A stretch of 64,000 nt of DNA from Spirochaetia bacterium (GTDB taxonomy: Bacteria; Spirochaetota; Spirochaetia; UBA9216): contig OY776510.1 of NCBI GenBank assembly GCA_963675665.1, positions 5,078,019-5,142,018 on the forward strand. The letters are read 5' to 3'. Below are positions 18,999 to 28,267 of the stretch, piece after piece. A model generated the notes under the pieces. That model had not been told where the DNA came from. It made no database searches and was given only the letters and a program-made list of their open reading frames with translations. Both the position numbers and the translations under genes were made by a program. Numbering within the stretch: position 1 is the stretch's first letter; the number at the start of each line of letters is the position of its first letter.

Positions 18999-20228
18999 CT
19001 ATTTTATTATTTCAATTCCCAAAGGATATTTGGAAAGGACTTCACAATCATTTTTCCTTATAACTATGGGATTCTCATATCTGAAGCCGATATCCTCATC
19101 AGAACAGGCATACTGCATTGCGCAAATAAGCATTTCACCTTCCCTGTATGAATGATCAGGATCAGTCCAGTATGGAATCGGGCCGTCGTCTCTGCCTATG
19201 CGCCATTCATCACCCAGCATTCCGATGCCGTGTTCAAAACCCGGCAGCATATACTCGCCGAAACCTTTGTCTTCCGCTATTCCCAGCAGTTCCTCCGAAA
19301 GGATATCGGGAGTTACTCCGGCCTTATACCTTTTAAGCGTTTCCTGTACTATCAGAATGAAATTCCCGGCGTGCCACATCTGCCGGTCGGTGGCTTTTCC
19401 GATAAAGTAGTTATGTGAATGGTCACCAAGACCCAGCCTGAATGTCGCATGCAGATCCACCATCAGCGGGTCACCTTCAGACAGCTCTTTTCTTGACGGC
19501 GGGGTACATGCACATCCGGGAAGCCCGGTCCGGTACCCGCAGGCAATTTCGTTACCGCCGGTAAACGACCATTCCCATTCGCTGCCCTGCTTCCGCATTG
19601 CAAGCGCCGCAATACCCGCAATTTCCGTTTCGGTAACGCCCTTCCATCCGCCGCCGGAAAGCGCGGAAAAAACCGCTTCATGTCCTGCGTCAACCATACG
19701 TGAGGCTTCCCTGAAACGATTGACTGTTCCCTCGTCTTTAATGACGGCAATACGGTCAACAATATACTGGGCGTTTACCAGCTCGGAGCCTTCAAGCGCA
19801 TCCCTGAACCCCTGGTATTCGCGGCGGGTAAGATTTCCTTCGGGCGTGTAATTGCTCATACCGTCTTCAAAGCCAACCCGGCCTTTTCCTCCGGGCAGCG
19901 CATCTTTGATATAAGCAGAAACAAGAGAAATCTGATCCATTCCGCCCATCGAAACATAACCCAACACATGGTCTTCATCCAGCCAGGATTCATCAGCAAT
20001 CCGGCCCGCATCGATCAGAAATGTAAAAACCCACGGAAGGCCTTCGGCCGGAATCACAACAAAGCTGCGCCAGGGGCAGAAAGCGTCTGTAGTCCATGAT
20101 AATGTTCGGAGTCTCGACCCCAGATATACATCAATTCTTTCTTCAGCCATGGCTGCCTGTATTTTTCTGATTCGTTCGGGAAAATCAACATAGTACGGGC
20201 TGTTTTTATCTGTTATAGAAGGCATCAC
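18999..20228 (-). CDS. M24-family metallopeptidase (creatinase/prolidase fold, Xaa-Pro peptidase-like)
   Basis: 409 aa with an N-terminal creatinase-like domain and a C-terminal pita-bread fold containing His/Glu/Asp metal ligands. Confidence 0.7.
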   Translation of the reverse strand: MMPSITDKNSPYYVDFPERIRKIQAAMAEERIDVYLGSRLRTLSWTTDAFCPWRSFVVIPAEGLPWVFTFLIDAGRIADESWLDEDHVLGYVSMGGMDQISLVSAYIKDALPGGKGRVGFEDGMSNYTPEGNLTRREYQGFRDALEGSELVNAQYIVDRIAVIKDEGTVNRFREASRMVDAGHEAVFSALSGGGWKGVTETEIAGIAALAMRKQGSEWEWSFTGGNEIACGYRTGLPGCACTPPSRKELSEGDPLMVDLHATFRLGLGDHSHNYFIGKATDRQMWHAGNFILIVQETLKRYKAGVTPDILSEELLGIAEDKGFGEYMLPGFEHGIGMLGDEWRIGRDDGPIPYWTDPDHSYREGEMLICAMQYACSDEDIGFRYENPIVIRKNDCEVLSKYPLGIEIIK

Positions 20229-20641
20229 TCGCCTCCTTCAAATAAAGTCGGAACCTGGGAAATAACATTGTTCATCCGATCACTTATGGTGACCAGTTTT
20301 AAAGCCTTGATCATATTTCCTTTCAGTTTCATTTTTCCGCTCATCAGGGCTTTTTGCGAACGCAGCTCACCTCTTGATACTTTCGCAAACATTTCATAAT
20401 CAGCTGTAATAACAAATTCAGCATCAGGCCAGTTATCTCCTTCTCCCACAGAGACTTCGGCAAACAACCCTTCCTCCATTCTGGTATAGAAATAGTGTTT
20501 CTTGCCATCAGGACATTTTTCATATACATTTACCATTGAGGTAGATGTATGTTTGTTTGTTTCTGCACTCAGTGTTGATGTAAGTCTTTCCCGGACCGCA
20601 TCGCACCACTGTTTGCTCAGATACAACAGTTTTTCAGACAT
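20225..20641 (-). CDS. SCP2 sterol-carrier-like domain protein
   Basis: MSGKMKLKGNMIKALKL is typical of the SCP2 C-terminal region. Start set to ATG (MSEKLLYL) preceded by AGAGGAGG. Confidence 0.6.
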   Translation of the reverse strand: MSEKLLYLSKQWCDAVRERLTSTLSAETNKHTSTSMVNVYEKCPDGKKHYFYTRMEEGLFAEVSVGEGDNWPDAEFVITADYEMFAKVSRGELRSQKALMSGKMKLKGNMIKALKLVTISDRMNNVISQVPTLFEGGE

Positions 20642-20687
20642 ACTGAAATCCTCCTCTTTGGCCGGCAGCTGCAACTGTCGGCTTTAT

Positions 20688-21272
20688 TTAAACAAGCACT
20701 CCCTTAAGAATTAAATCGATTGCTTCGCTGTAGTAATCCTCAAACAAATGCTTATTCGGCAGAATATAGGTTTTAACAATAAACATTACGTATATTGAAT
20801 AAAACAGGTGACTGATATGGTCCGTATCAAAATCATTCCTGAACACTCCCCGTGCTTTTCCCTCTTCAAGAATTGAAGCTATCATTTGAATTGATCTTCC
20901 GTGTATGTCGGAAAAAAGACCGCTGTTAATGGGATCTATCGGAAAAAGGGTTTTATCTTTTATAAAAATCTCTCTTAAAACTGAATCCTCAGCCAGATAT
21001 CTGTATGACAGTTCGCACATGATACGAAATTTCCTGACAGGATCTGTTTCGGAGACAAGTTCCGAAAAAACCCGGCCCTGCCATTTCTTCAATCCCCAGG
21101 CAACCGCGTCCAAATACAGCTGCTTTTTGGATTTAATAAAGAAGTATAGATTGCCTTTTGTCATTCCCAGTCTCCGGGCGATGGATGAAATGTTTGCCCT
21201 GCTGTACCCGAAACCGGAAAATTCTTCCAGAGCTGCCTGATATATATCTTCAATCCGTTTTTGTTTATCCAT
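20688..21272 (-). CDS. TetR/AcrR-family transcriptional regulator
   Basis: N-terminal HTH (GYSRANISSIARRLGMTKGNLYFFIKSK). Confidence 0.8.
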   Translation of the reverse strand: MDKQKRIEDIYQAALEEFSGFGYSRANISSIARRLGMTKGNLYFFIKSKKQLYLDAVAWGLKKWQGRVFSELVSETDPVRKFRIMCELSYRYLAEDSVLREIFIKDKTLFPIDPINSGLFSDIHGRSIQMIASILEEGKARGVFRNDFDTDHISHLFYSIYVMFIVKTYILPNKHLFEDYYSEAIDLILKGVLV

Positions 21273-21287
21273 AATTGACCATTTTAC

Positions 21288-21303
21288 CTAATTGTTCAAT
21301 TAG
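21288..21303 (-). promoter_or_regulatory. candidate TetR operator (CTAATTG-tt-CAATTAG inverted repeat) in the tetR 5' region
   Basis: 16-bp palindrome lying 16-31 nt upstream of the TetR start codon. Confidence 0.4.
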
Positions 21304-21423
21304 TCAATTATAATGCATATTTTTATATTTACAAGATCTTTTTTACATAATCAGATCAACTCATTCAGGATGTATAAGAATATGCTTAATTACTTTATTA
21401 CTATACCGTCAAAATATCTGCAA

Positions 21424-22164
21424 CTAATTCCCAAGCAGATATCTGACGGCTTCTTTAACCGCCATATGGATATTTTCGTTCTTTTTTACAGCTTCTGTAA
21501 TCCTGTTAACTATATATGATCCGACAATTGCCGCATCACAATGAGGCTGCAGAGTTTTGACCTGTTCGGGCGTTCTTATACCGAAGCCGGCCATTATCCT
21601 TGAATTATATTTTTTCAGCCTGTCGAGAAATCCGAGATTAGTGACGTCCAGATCGGTATAGCTCCCGGTTATTCCGCTTCGAAGGGCCAGGTACACCCAT
21701 TCGGGCTTTTCAGTCATTATCTCCGACAACCTTTCATCATCTACATCCGGAACGATAACTGGCACTATATCAATTCCGGCAAGTCTCCCGGCTTCATACA
21801 GCCCTTCATCACTGCCGGGCGTAAGGTCGGGAATAATCAGCCCTTTCACTCCGGAGCTTTTCGCACGCTCAACAAACAGTTTCACACCCATATTAAAAAC
21901 AATTGCCGAATAGCTCATTATATAAACCGGAACGTCGGCGTATTCCCTTATTCGTTCAACAAGCCTGAACCCGTCGGCTACCCGAAAACCCGCTTCAAGA
22001 GCTTTGCGGCAGGCTGATTCAATAACCGGTCCGTCGGCGGAAGGGTCAGAAAAAGGAATCTGCATTTCAAGAGCGTAGGCGCCGCCGTCGATTAAACCTT
22101 TTGCCGTTTCAAATGATGATTCAAGGTCCGGATACCCTGCTATAAAATGTGTTACAAGTTTCAT
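21424..22164 (-). CDS. trpA: tryptophan synthase alpha chain
   Basis: 246 aa. Characteristic MSYSAIV and GFGI motifs. Confidence 0.9.
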   Translation of the reverse strand: MKLVTHFIAGYPDLESSFETAKGLIDGGAYALEMQIPFSDPSADGPVIESACRKALEAGFRVADGFRLVERIREYADVPVYIMSYSAIVFNMGVKLFVERAKSSGVKGLIIPDLTPGSDEGLYEAGRLAGIDIVPVIVPDVDDERLSEIMTEKPEWVYLALRSGITGSYTDLDVTNLGFLDRLKKYNSRIMAGFGIRTPEQVKTLQPHCDAAIVGSYIVNRITEAVKKNENIHMAVKEAVRYLLGN

Positions 22165-23396
22165 TCAATTCTCCCGGCTTCTTCCAAAAGATAAGCCTTC
22201 CAGTTTTCGCCGTCGAGTGCGGCAGCCGAAATAAAAATATCCTTGTCTCCGCGTCCCGACATATTAACGACAAGCGTTTTACCCTTGCCCAGTTCCTTTG
22301 CAAGCTCTATAGCAGCCGCCCCGGCATGGGCCGACTCCATTGCAAAGATTACGCCCTCGGTCCGGGCAAAAAACTTCAACGCCTCAAGGGCCTGCTCATC
22401 CGTGGCCGCCTGGAACTCGAGCCTGCCGGTTCTTCCAAGCTCCGCAAGCTGCGGGCCGATTCCCGGGTAATCAAGTCCCGCCGATATTGAATGGGTCGGC
22501 ATTACCTGTCCGTCTTCATCAAGCAAAAACCGGCTTTTATATCCCTGAACAATCCCCGGCCGGCCTGCATCATCCATTCGAACGGCATTGTTGCCCGGTC
22601 CGGTTCCGCGGCCGCCTGCTTCAACACCGATCAGCCGGGGTTTATTCTCATTTATAAACTGGCTGAAAAAACCTATTGCGTTCGAACCGCCGCCCACACA
22701 GGCAACCATTGCATCGATTCCGGCCCCGCCGGCATCTCCGGCATCTGCCAGCTGCTGTTTTACTTCCCTGCCTATAACCGACTGAAACTCGCGGACCATA
22801 TCAGGGTACGGCGACGGCCCGAGGGCCGACCCGAGAAGATAGTGGGTGTCTTTATAGCTTGCAGTCCAGTCGCGGAATGCTTCATTGACGGCATCCTTGA
22901 GAGTACGGCTGCCGGATTCAACTCCACGAACCTCGGCTCCGAAGAGTTCCATCCAGTAAACATTCGGCCGCTGTCGGCGGATATCCTCGGTACCCATATA
23001 GATAACACATTCCAGCCCGAGCTTTGCGCAGGCGGAGGCAGTTGCAACACCGTGCTGGCCGGCGCCTGTCTCGGCTATAATTCGGGTTTTTCCCATTCTT
23101 TTTGCAAGCAGGGCCTGGCCAAGCGCGTTGTTTATCTTGTGTGCGCCGGTATTCGCCAGCCCTTCAAGCTTGATATATATATCGGCCCCGCCCAATTCGG
23201 CAGTTGCATTGGCTGCATGCAACAACGGCGTAGGACGCCCTATGAATGTTTTCTGAAAATCAGCAAAGGCCGCAATAAAATCAGGATCTTCAATTGCTTC
23301 ACAGTATGCTTTTTCAAGTTCAATCAACGGAGCCCGCAAAACTTCAGGAACATATCTTCCGCCGAACTCACCGAAATAGTTATTGTATTTCTGCAT
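22161..23396 (-). CDS. trpB: tryptophan synthase beta chain
   Basis: N-terminus GEFGGRYVPE. PLP lysine region HLNHTGAHKINN-like (LANTGAHKINNA). Confidence 0.9.
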   Translation of the reverse strand: MQKYNNYFGEFGGRYVPEVLRAPLIELEKAYCEAIEDPDFIAAFADFQKTFIGRPTPLLHAANATAELGGADIYIKLEGLANTGAHKINNALGQALLAKRMGKTRIIAETGAGQHGVATASACAKLGLECVIYMGTEDIRRQRPNVYWMELFGAEVRGVESGSRTLKDAVNEAFRDWTASYKDTHYLLGSALGPSPYPDMVREFQSVIGREVKQQLADAGDAGGAGIDAMVACVGGGSNAIGFFSQFINENKPRLIGVEAGGRGTGPGNNAVRMDDAGRPGIVQGYKSRFLLDEDGQVMPTHSISAGLDYPGIGPQLAELGRTGRLEFQAATDEQALEALKFFARTEGVIFAMESAHAGAAAIELAKELGKGKTLVVNMSGRGDKDIFISAAALDGENWKAYLLEEAGRIE

Positions 23397-23432
23397 TTTA
23401 TTCCCCCGTACCGACAATACCGGCAGCACGTT

Positions 23433-24851
23433 TTATTTCATCAAAAGCCTGATCATTTTAAAATGGTCTTTTATCCCCGGAGCGGATTCAACTCCGCTTG
23501 AGATATCTATCAGTTCCGGAGAAAACCCGTTTATTATATCGTAAATATTACCGGGATTTAATCCGCCGGCAAGCCAGAGCGACTGCTGTTTAGCAACCTT
23601 CCGAACCAATTCAGTTTCAATACGTTTGCCGGTACCGCCGTGAGCGTCCCGGCTGAATGCGTCAATTAATACAGCGGGACCGGGCAGACTGCCGGCTTCA
23701 TCAACTGAATCTGCATCCTTAATTCGGACGGCTTTATAGCCGGGCCATTTCAAATATTCCGACGGCAGCTCATTTCCGTGGAACTGAACTGCATCCAGAG
23801 CGCCCGACTTAAGCAGCGCGACGATCTCACCCGGCAAAAGCTCTTCCCGGTCAAGAACAACAACTCCCACCTTCAGGATATCGTAACTGCGGCAACTTTC
23901 GATAAACTCAGGCTCAACTTTTCTCGGCGATTCGGCAAGAATGAATCCTGCGACATCGCCGCCGAGACTGATTACAGCCTCAAGGTCGTCATGGTTTGTT
24001 ATACCGCATATCTTTACCAGCGGCGCCCCTGTACGGACCCGGCTGTAAAGCTTTCGCCAGAATTTGAAACGGAAATCATCAGAACTGCGTCCTGATGTAA
24101 ATGCCGCGGCAAGCTTTTCGGCAAAAGAGGCGTCCCTTACGACGGCCTCGCCGACAAGGACCGCGTTAAAACCGGAACCCTCAACAAAATCAATGTCGTA
24201 TTCGGTTTTTATACCTGATTCATAGATTATCCGGCAATCCCAGTTTATCATGGTTCTGATTTTCAGAGGCTGCAACGGCTTAATTGTAAAAGATTTGAGA
24301 TCACGGCTGTTAATTCCTACCAAATCGGGGCGGAACCCGGCCGCTTTTTTAATATCATCTGAACTGTGCAGTTCGACAACCGGCGTCATTCCCAGCTTCA
24401 GTCCGAGTTCATACATCGATCGCAGTTTTTCCGAATCAAGAAGCGACGCAATAAGAAGAAAGGCATCTGCACCGGCTTTGTAACTGATCTCGACATCTTC
24501 TTCCGAAATCAAAAAATCTTTTCGCAGAATCGCGGTCTGAGGCAAGGCGGTTTTTATTTTAATCAGATCGTCAAGCGACCCGCTGAAATAATTCTGTTCG
24601 GTTAGAACGCTGATACTTTTAATACCTGCCGAGACATAATTCCGTGCCTGGGCAACCGGATCAAGCCCCGTATTGATATTATCAACCGACGGAGAGCGTC
24701 TCTTTACCTCGCAGATAACACCGGGCTGCTGTAAAAACGGGACAAGGGGAAGTATGCGCTCTGAAGGGATCTTTATTCCCTGTGCCGCCCCTTTCTGTTT
24801 TATATCCTCAGCACGCCTGGCTGCGATCTCCGCCCTGATATCCGGTTTCAT
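23433..24851 (-). CDS. trpCF: bifunctional indole-3-glycerol-phosphate synthase / phosphoribosylanthranilate isomerase
   Basis: N-terminal IGPS half (ILRKDF...DAFLLIA) and C-terminal PRAI half (VKICGIT...VQFHGNE). Confidence 0.85.
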   Translation of the reverse strand: MKPDIRAEIAARRAEDIKQKGAAQGIKIPSERILPLVPFLQQPGVICEVKRRSPSVDNINTGLDPVAQARNYVSAGIKSISVLTEQNYFSGSLDDLIKIKTALPQTAILRKDFLISEEDVEISYKAGADAFLLIASLLDSEKLRSMYELGLKLGMTPVVELHSSDDIKKAAGFRPDLVGINSRDLKSFTIKPLQPLKIRTMINWDCRIIYESGIKTEYDIDFVEGSGFNAVLVGEAVVRDASFAEKLAAAFTSGRSSDDFRFKFWRKLYSRVRTGAPLVKICGITNHDDLEAVISLGGDVAGFILAESPRKVEPEFIESCRSYDILKVGVVVLDREELLPGEIVALLKSGALDAVQFHGNELPSEYLKWPGYKAVRIKDADSVDEAGSLPGPAVLIDAFSRDAHGGTGKRIETELVRKVAKQQSLWLAGGLNPGNIYDIINGFSPELIDISSGVESAPGIKDHFKMIRLLMK

Positions 24852-26470
24852 TTTCCTGCCTCTGCCCGTCTTCCCGGCGATTGCGATTTGCGTATAACGG
24901 CATTCAGTTTTTCCTTTACCAATCCTGAGTCCAGAGCCTGCCCGGCTATTTTGCAGCCGGCTTCAATAGTCCCGGTTTTCCCTGCTACCATGAGTGCGGC
25001 ACCGGCATTAAGAATGCATGCGGCCCTGACGGCCTCAGGACCTTTACCTTCAATCAGGCGCAGCGCGGTTGCGGCATTTTCAGCTGCATTCCCGCCGGAA
25101 AGGTCTTCGGTACTGTAACCTTCAAACCCGGCTTCAGACGGATCAAAAGTAAAGTCTGTTTCATTATCATTTTCATCAATCATGTATACACGCGCAGGAG
25201 CTGCGGGCGACAATTCATCAAGCCCGTCGTCGCTGTGAACTACCATTACCCTTTTTACCCCGGTCATTTTCGCCGCCTTTGCCATGACAGCACAAAGATC
25301 TTTTGAGTAGACCCCGATCACCTGGTACTCCGCCTCAGCAGGATTTACAAGCGGTCCCAAAAGGTTCATTATTGTTTTAACTCCGAGCTCGGCCCTTACC
25401 GGTCCCGCGTGTTTCATGGCACCGTGAAATATTGGTGCAAACATAAACGTAAACCCCTCAGCCTCAAGAAGCTGTTCCGATTCGGAAGGGGTAAGATTAT
25501 AGTTAATACCAAGTTCCGAATAAAAATCGGCGCTCCCGCTTTTCGAACTTACCGCCCTGTTGCCGTGCTTTGCAACCTTCACCCCGCAGGCGGAAGCTAT
25601 CAATGCGGCCAGCGATGATATATTGAAGGTATGCTTTCCGTCTCCGCCGGTTCCGCAGGTGTCCAGTACCGGACTGCCCGTCTTTACCTGCAGTTTTTTT
25701 CGTTTGAGAACCGAGGCGCAACCGGCTATCTCTTCGGAAGTGATTCCCTTGCAGTTAAGCGCCGTCAGTATTGCAGATATAAATACGGGGCTGAGCGCAC
25801 CTTCCGTAAGCTCATCCATAAAATCAGCAGCTTCTTCAAAACTCAACGAACCTTTTTCCTGAAGCCGTGAAAGCATTCCTTTTCTGTCCAGCGGCTCCCG
25901 CTTATAACGGATAAAATTCTTCAAAATTGTCCTGCCGGCTTCTATACAGCCGATTGATTCCGGGTGAAACTGCACTCCCTCTACAATCATTTCCTTATGA
26001 CGCAGACCCATAATCTCGCCGTCATCGCTTTCAGCCGTTATCTCAAGGCATTCGGGAAGGCTTGCACGCTCAGCCGCCAGCGAATGATATCGCGTAAACC
26101 CGGCTTCAGACGGCAGATTACGGAACAGTCCCTTTCCGTCCAGGCTGATCTTTTCCACCTTGCCGTGAACAATATTCGCAGCCTGTACTATTCTTCCGCC
26201 GAAACATTCGGCAATTGCCTGATGTCCCAGACATATCCCTAAAATCGGGACCGAACCGCTGAAAAACCTGATAACCTCTATGGAAATACCAGCCTCGGAA
26301 GGAGCTCCCGGTCCCGGTGAAATAATAATCCTCGACGGATCTGTTTTTTTCAGTTCATCAACGGTAATTTTATCATTACGGTAGACTTTTATTTCCTCAT
26401 CCGTGATGCAGGAAATCTCCTGAACTATGTTATATGTAAATGAATCATAATTATCTATAACTGCAATCAT
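24848..26470 (-). CDS. trpGD: bifunctional anthranilate synthase glutamine-amidotransferase component / anthranilate phosphoribosyltransferase
   Basis: N-terminal class-I GATase (IDNYDSFTYN, GICLGHQ) fused to a TrpD half (GTGGDGKHTFNIS, KHGNRAVSSKSGSAD). Confidence 0.85.
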   Translation of the reverse strand: MIAVIDNYDSFTYNIVQEISCITDEEIKVYRNDKITVDELKKTDPSRIIISPGPGAPSEAGISIEVIRFFSGSVPILGICLGHQAIAECFGGRIVQAANIVHGKVEKISLDGKGLFRNLPSEAGFTRYHSLAAERASLPECLEITAESDDGEIMGLRHKEMIVEGVQFHPESIGCIEAGRTILKNFIRYKREPLDRKGMLSRLQEKGSLSFEEAADFMDELTEGALSPVFISAILTALNCKGITSEEIAGCASVLKRKKLQVKTGSPVLDTCGTGGDGKHTFNISSLAALIASACGVKVAKHGNRAVSSKSGSADFYSELGINYNLTPSESEQLLEAEGFTFMFAPIFHGAMKHAGPVRAELGVKTIMNLLGPLVNPAEAEYQVIGVYSKDLCAVMAKAAKMTGVKRVMVVHSDDGLDELSPAAPARVYMIDENDNETDFTFDPSEAGFEGYSTEDLSGGNAAENAATALRLIEGKGPEAVRAACILNAGAALMVAGKTGTIEAGCKIAGQALDSGLVKEKLNAVIRKSQSPGRRAEAGK

Positions 26471-26483
26471 GTCCGCCCTCGTG

Positions 26484-27884
26484 TCAGATTTCTATTCCGG
26501 CGGCCAGCGCCGCCGCCCTGAGTTTTTCATTGGTTTCTTCAAGTTCGCGCTCAGGCGTCGAATCGTAAACAACACCGCCGCCGGCCTGCAGGTACAACCT
26601 GTCCTGCTTTTTTAACCCGCTGCGTATTGTAATGCATGTATCAAGATCTCCGGATGCATCCATATATCCTACCAGTCCGGCGTAAAATCCCCGGTTACAG
26701 TCCTCTATCTTTGATATCGTCTCGATAGCCTGGATTTTTGGCGCCCCGCTTACGGTGCCGGCCGGGAAACTTGCTCTTACCGCGTCGGTGCTGTCGCAGT
26801 CGTCACGAAGCTCGCCTTCAACCTGCGAAACAATATGCATGACCTTCGAGTATTTTTCGATCATCATGTATTCCGTCACCTTTACAGTTCCGGTTTTACA
26901 TACCCGGCCGAGATCGTTCCGGGCCAGATCAATCAGCATAAGATGTTCAGCCCGTTCTTTCGGATCTGCCAGAAGCTCCTCTGAAAGAGCAAGATCTTCA
27001 GCTTCATTTCTCCCACGTCTCCGCGTACCGGCTATGGGCCTGAGTATAACTTTTCCGTTTTTAACCTTCACCTGGACCTCAGGCGAAGCCCCGTACAGCT
27101 GGTAATTTCCAAAATCTATATAAAACAGGTATGGCGACGGATTCGCGGTACGCAGATTACGATATGCATCAAGCGCACTGATATCGGTTTTTATCTCCAG
27201 TCTTCTTGACGGCACTCCCTGCAGAAGGTTGCCTTTTATAACCTCTTCACGGATTACAGCAACATTCTTTCTGTAGGTTTCCGCAGCTTCCTCATTATTC
27301 AGCAATTGAGCAGGGGCGATCTCGGGGCGATCAGCCATGTAGTTGAAATTCAGATCAAAGATTTTTTTCTCAATTCTTGCCAGTTCGTATTCAAGATCAA
27401 TTTCATAACCCGGATAGTTGAGAACAAGAATGTATATTTCATCAGTGTAGTGATCAAAAATCAGGAACGAGTTCCCGAAAATAAACGCCGCATCCGGCAG
27501 ACCAAGCTCATCATGCCTTTCTTCAAAGACAATATCATCGCAAAAACGGGCGAATTCAAATGATAAAAAACCGAACCCTCCGGCGGGGAACGGAAAATCG
27601 TGTTCGGCATTACTGTGAAACATTGCAAAACGTTTTACAGCATCAAGAATATCGCGACCGCAATTAACAATCTTTTTTCGGCGCCCGTCTGTTGTTATCA
27701 GAAAAGACATTTCTCCGTTTTGAATAATCCGGAATGCTTCGTTAAGCAGAAGCAGCGAATACCTTTCGCGTCCCTTGCTCAGCGATGACGATTCCAGTAT
27801 TGCTGCAGCATTCAGCTTGCATGCCAGCGCAAAGGGGGTAAATTTTTCCCCGGGAATTTTTTTTACAAGATGATTTCGACTCAT
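26484..27884 (-). CDS. trpE: anthranilate synthase component I
   Basis: Chorismate-binding C-terminal domain (GAPK, LQAGGGVV). Start moved from the track's 27962 to ATG 27884 (RBS GGGGAGAA), because the promoter lies inside the longer ORF. Confidence 0.85.
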   Translation of the reverse strand: MSRNHLVKKIPGEKFTPFALACKLNAAAILESSSLSKGRERYSLLLLNEAFRIIQNGEMSFLITTDGRRKKIVNCGRDILDAVKRFAMFHSNAEHDFPFPAGGFGFLSFEFARFCDDIVFEERHDELGLPDAAFIFGNSFLIFDHYTDEIYILVLNYPGYEIDLEYELARIEKKIFDLNFNYMADRPEIAPAQLLNNEEAAETYRKNVAVIREEVIKGNLLQGVPSRRLEIKTDISALDAYRNLRTANPSPYLFYIDFGNYQLYGASPEVQVKVKNGKVILRPIAGTRRRGRNEAEDLALSEELLADPKERAEHLMLIDLARNDLGRVCKTGTVKVTEYMMIEKYSKVMHIVSQVEGELRDDCDSTDAVRASFPAGTVSGAPKIQAIETISKIEDCNRGFYAGLVGYMDASGDLDTCITIRSGLKKQDRLYLQAGGGVVYDSTPERELEETNEKLRAAALAAGIEI

Positions 27885-27895
27885 CCGATTCTCCC

Positions 27896-27913
27896 CGGAC
27901 GGCATCCCGTCCG
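27896..27913 (-). promoter_or_regulatory. 5'-UTR hairpin immediately upstream of the trpE Shine-Dalgarno
   Basis: CGGACGG-gatg-CCGTCCG followed by GGGGAGAAUCGGAUG on the transcript. Confidence 0.4.
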
Positions 27914-27922
27914 TTTCTGCAT

Positions 27923-27938
27923 ATAGTAACGTTACTAT
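27923..27938 (-). promoter_or_regulatory. perfect 16-bp palindromic operator ATAGTAACGTTACTAT overlapping the trp -10 and +1
   Basis: Its own reverse complement. Position is typical of a TrpR-like repressor site. Confidence 0.5.
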
Positions 27939-27962
27939 AAAAAGAAACGTGAAAACTGTCAA
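27934..27962 (-). promoter_or_regulatory. trp operon sigma70 promoter
   Basis: Minus strand reads TTGACA, 17 nt, TATAGT. Confidence 0.55.
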
Positions 27963-28178
27963 GAGGAACGGTGGTGTTTCTTCACAAAGAAACGTATATT
28001 AATAAAAAACGAAATCTTTATATGCTGTTTCGCCGTAAAAGCACATAGGTCCGATTAAACACTTCTGCTTCGGCACTGTCGTACACTACTACCGTATATG
28101 AATCGGCTGTCGCAATCGCCCCGGAGCTATCTGCTGTCCGGGAATCGCCGGCGGCTGCATTCTGAAGCCAGGGAGAAA

Positions 28179-28235
28179 AGCGGGGGATTGCAAGCCTCAG
28201 GCCGGACTCAGGTCTTCATGCTTTTCATCCCCGCT
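28179..28235 (-). terminator. terminator of the lipoprotein gene
   Basis: AGCGGGGGAT...ATCCCCGCT long-range stem followed by UUUUCUCCC on the minus strand. Confidence 0.45.
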
Positions 28236-28267
28236 TAATAAACTGTAATTTCCAGGGTTCCGTTGCC

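Noticed and set aside
22491-23501. 336-aa plus-strand ORF
   Set aside because: It is antisense to the high-confidence trpB gene and has a low-complexity Pro/Arg-rich composition typical of reverse-strand artefacts.
27885-27962. Trp-codon leader peptide or T-box attenuator for the trp operon
   Set aside because: The extended track ORF has no Trp codons, and no T-box specifier/antiterminator structure is present. Only a short hairpin is present.
27963-28267. Candidate small RNA between the lipoprotein gene and trpE
   Set aside because: The structure is better explained as the lipoprotein terminator (long stem plus U-tract) followed by the trp promoter and operator. It does not resemble any known ncRNA family.
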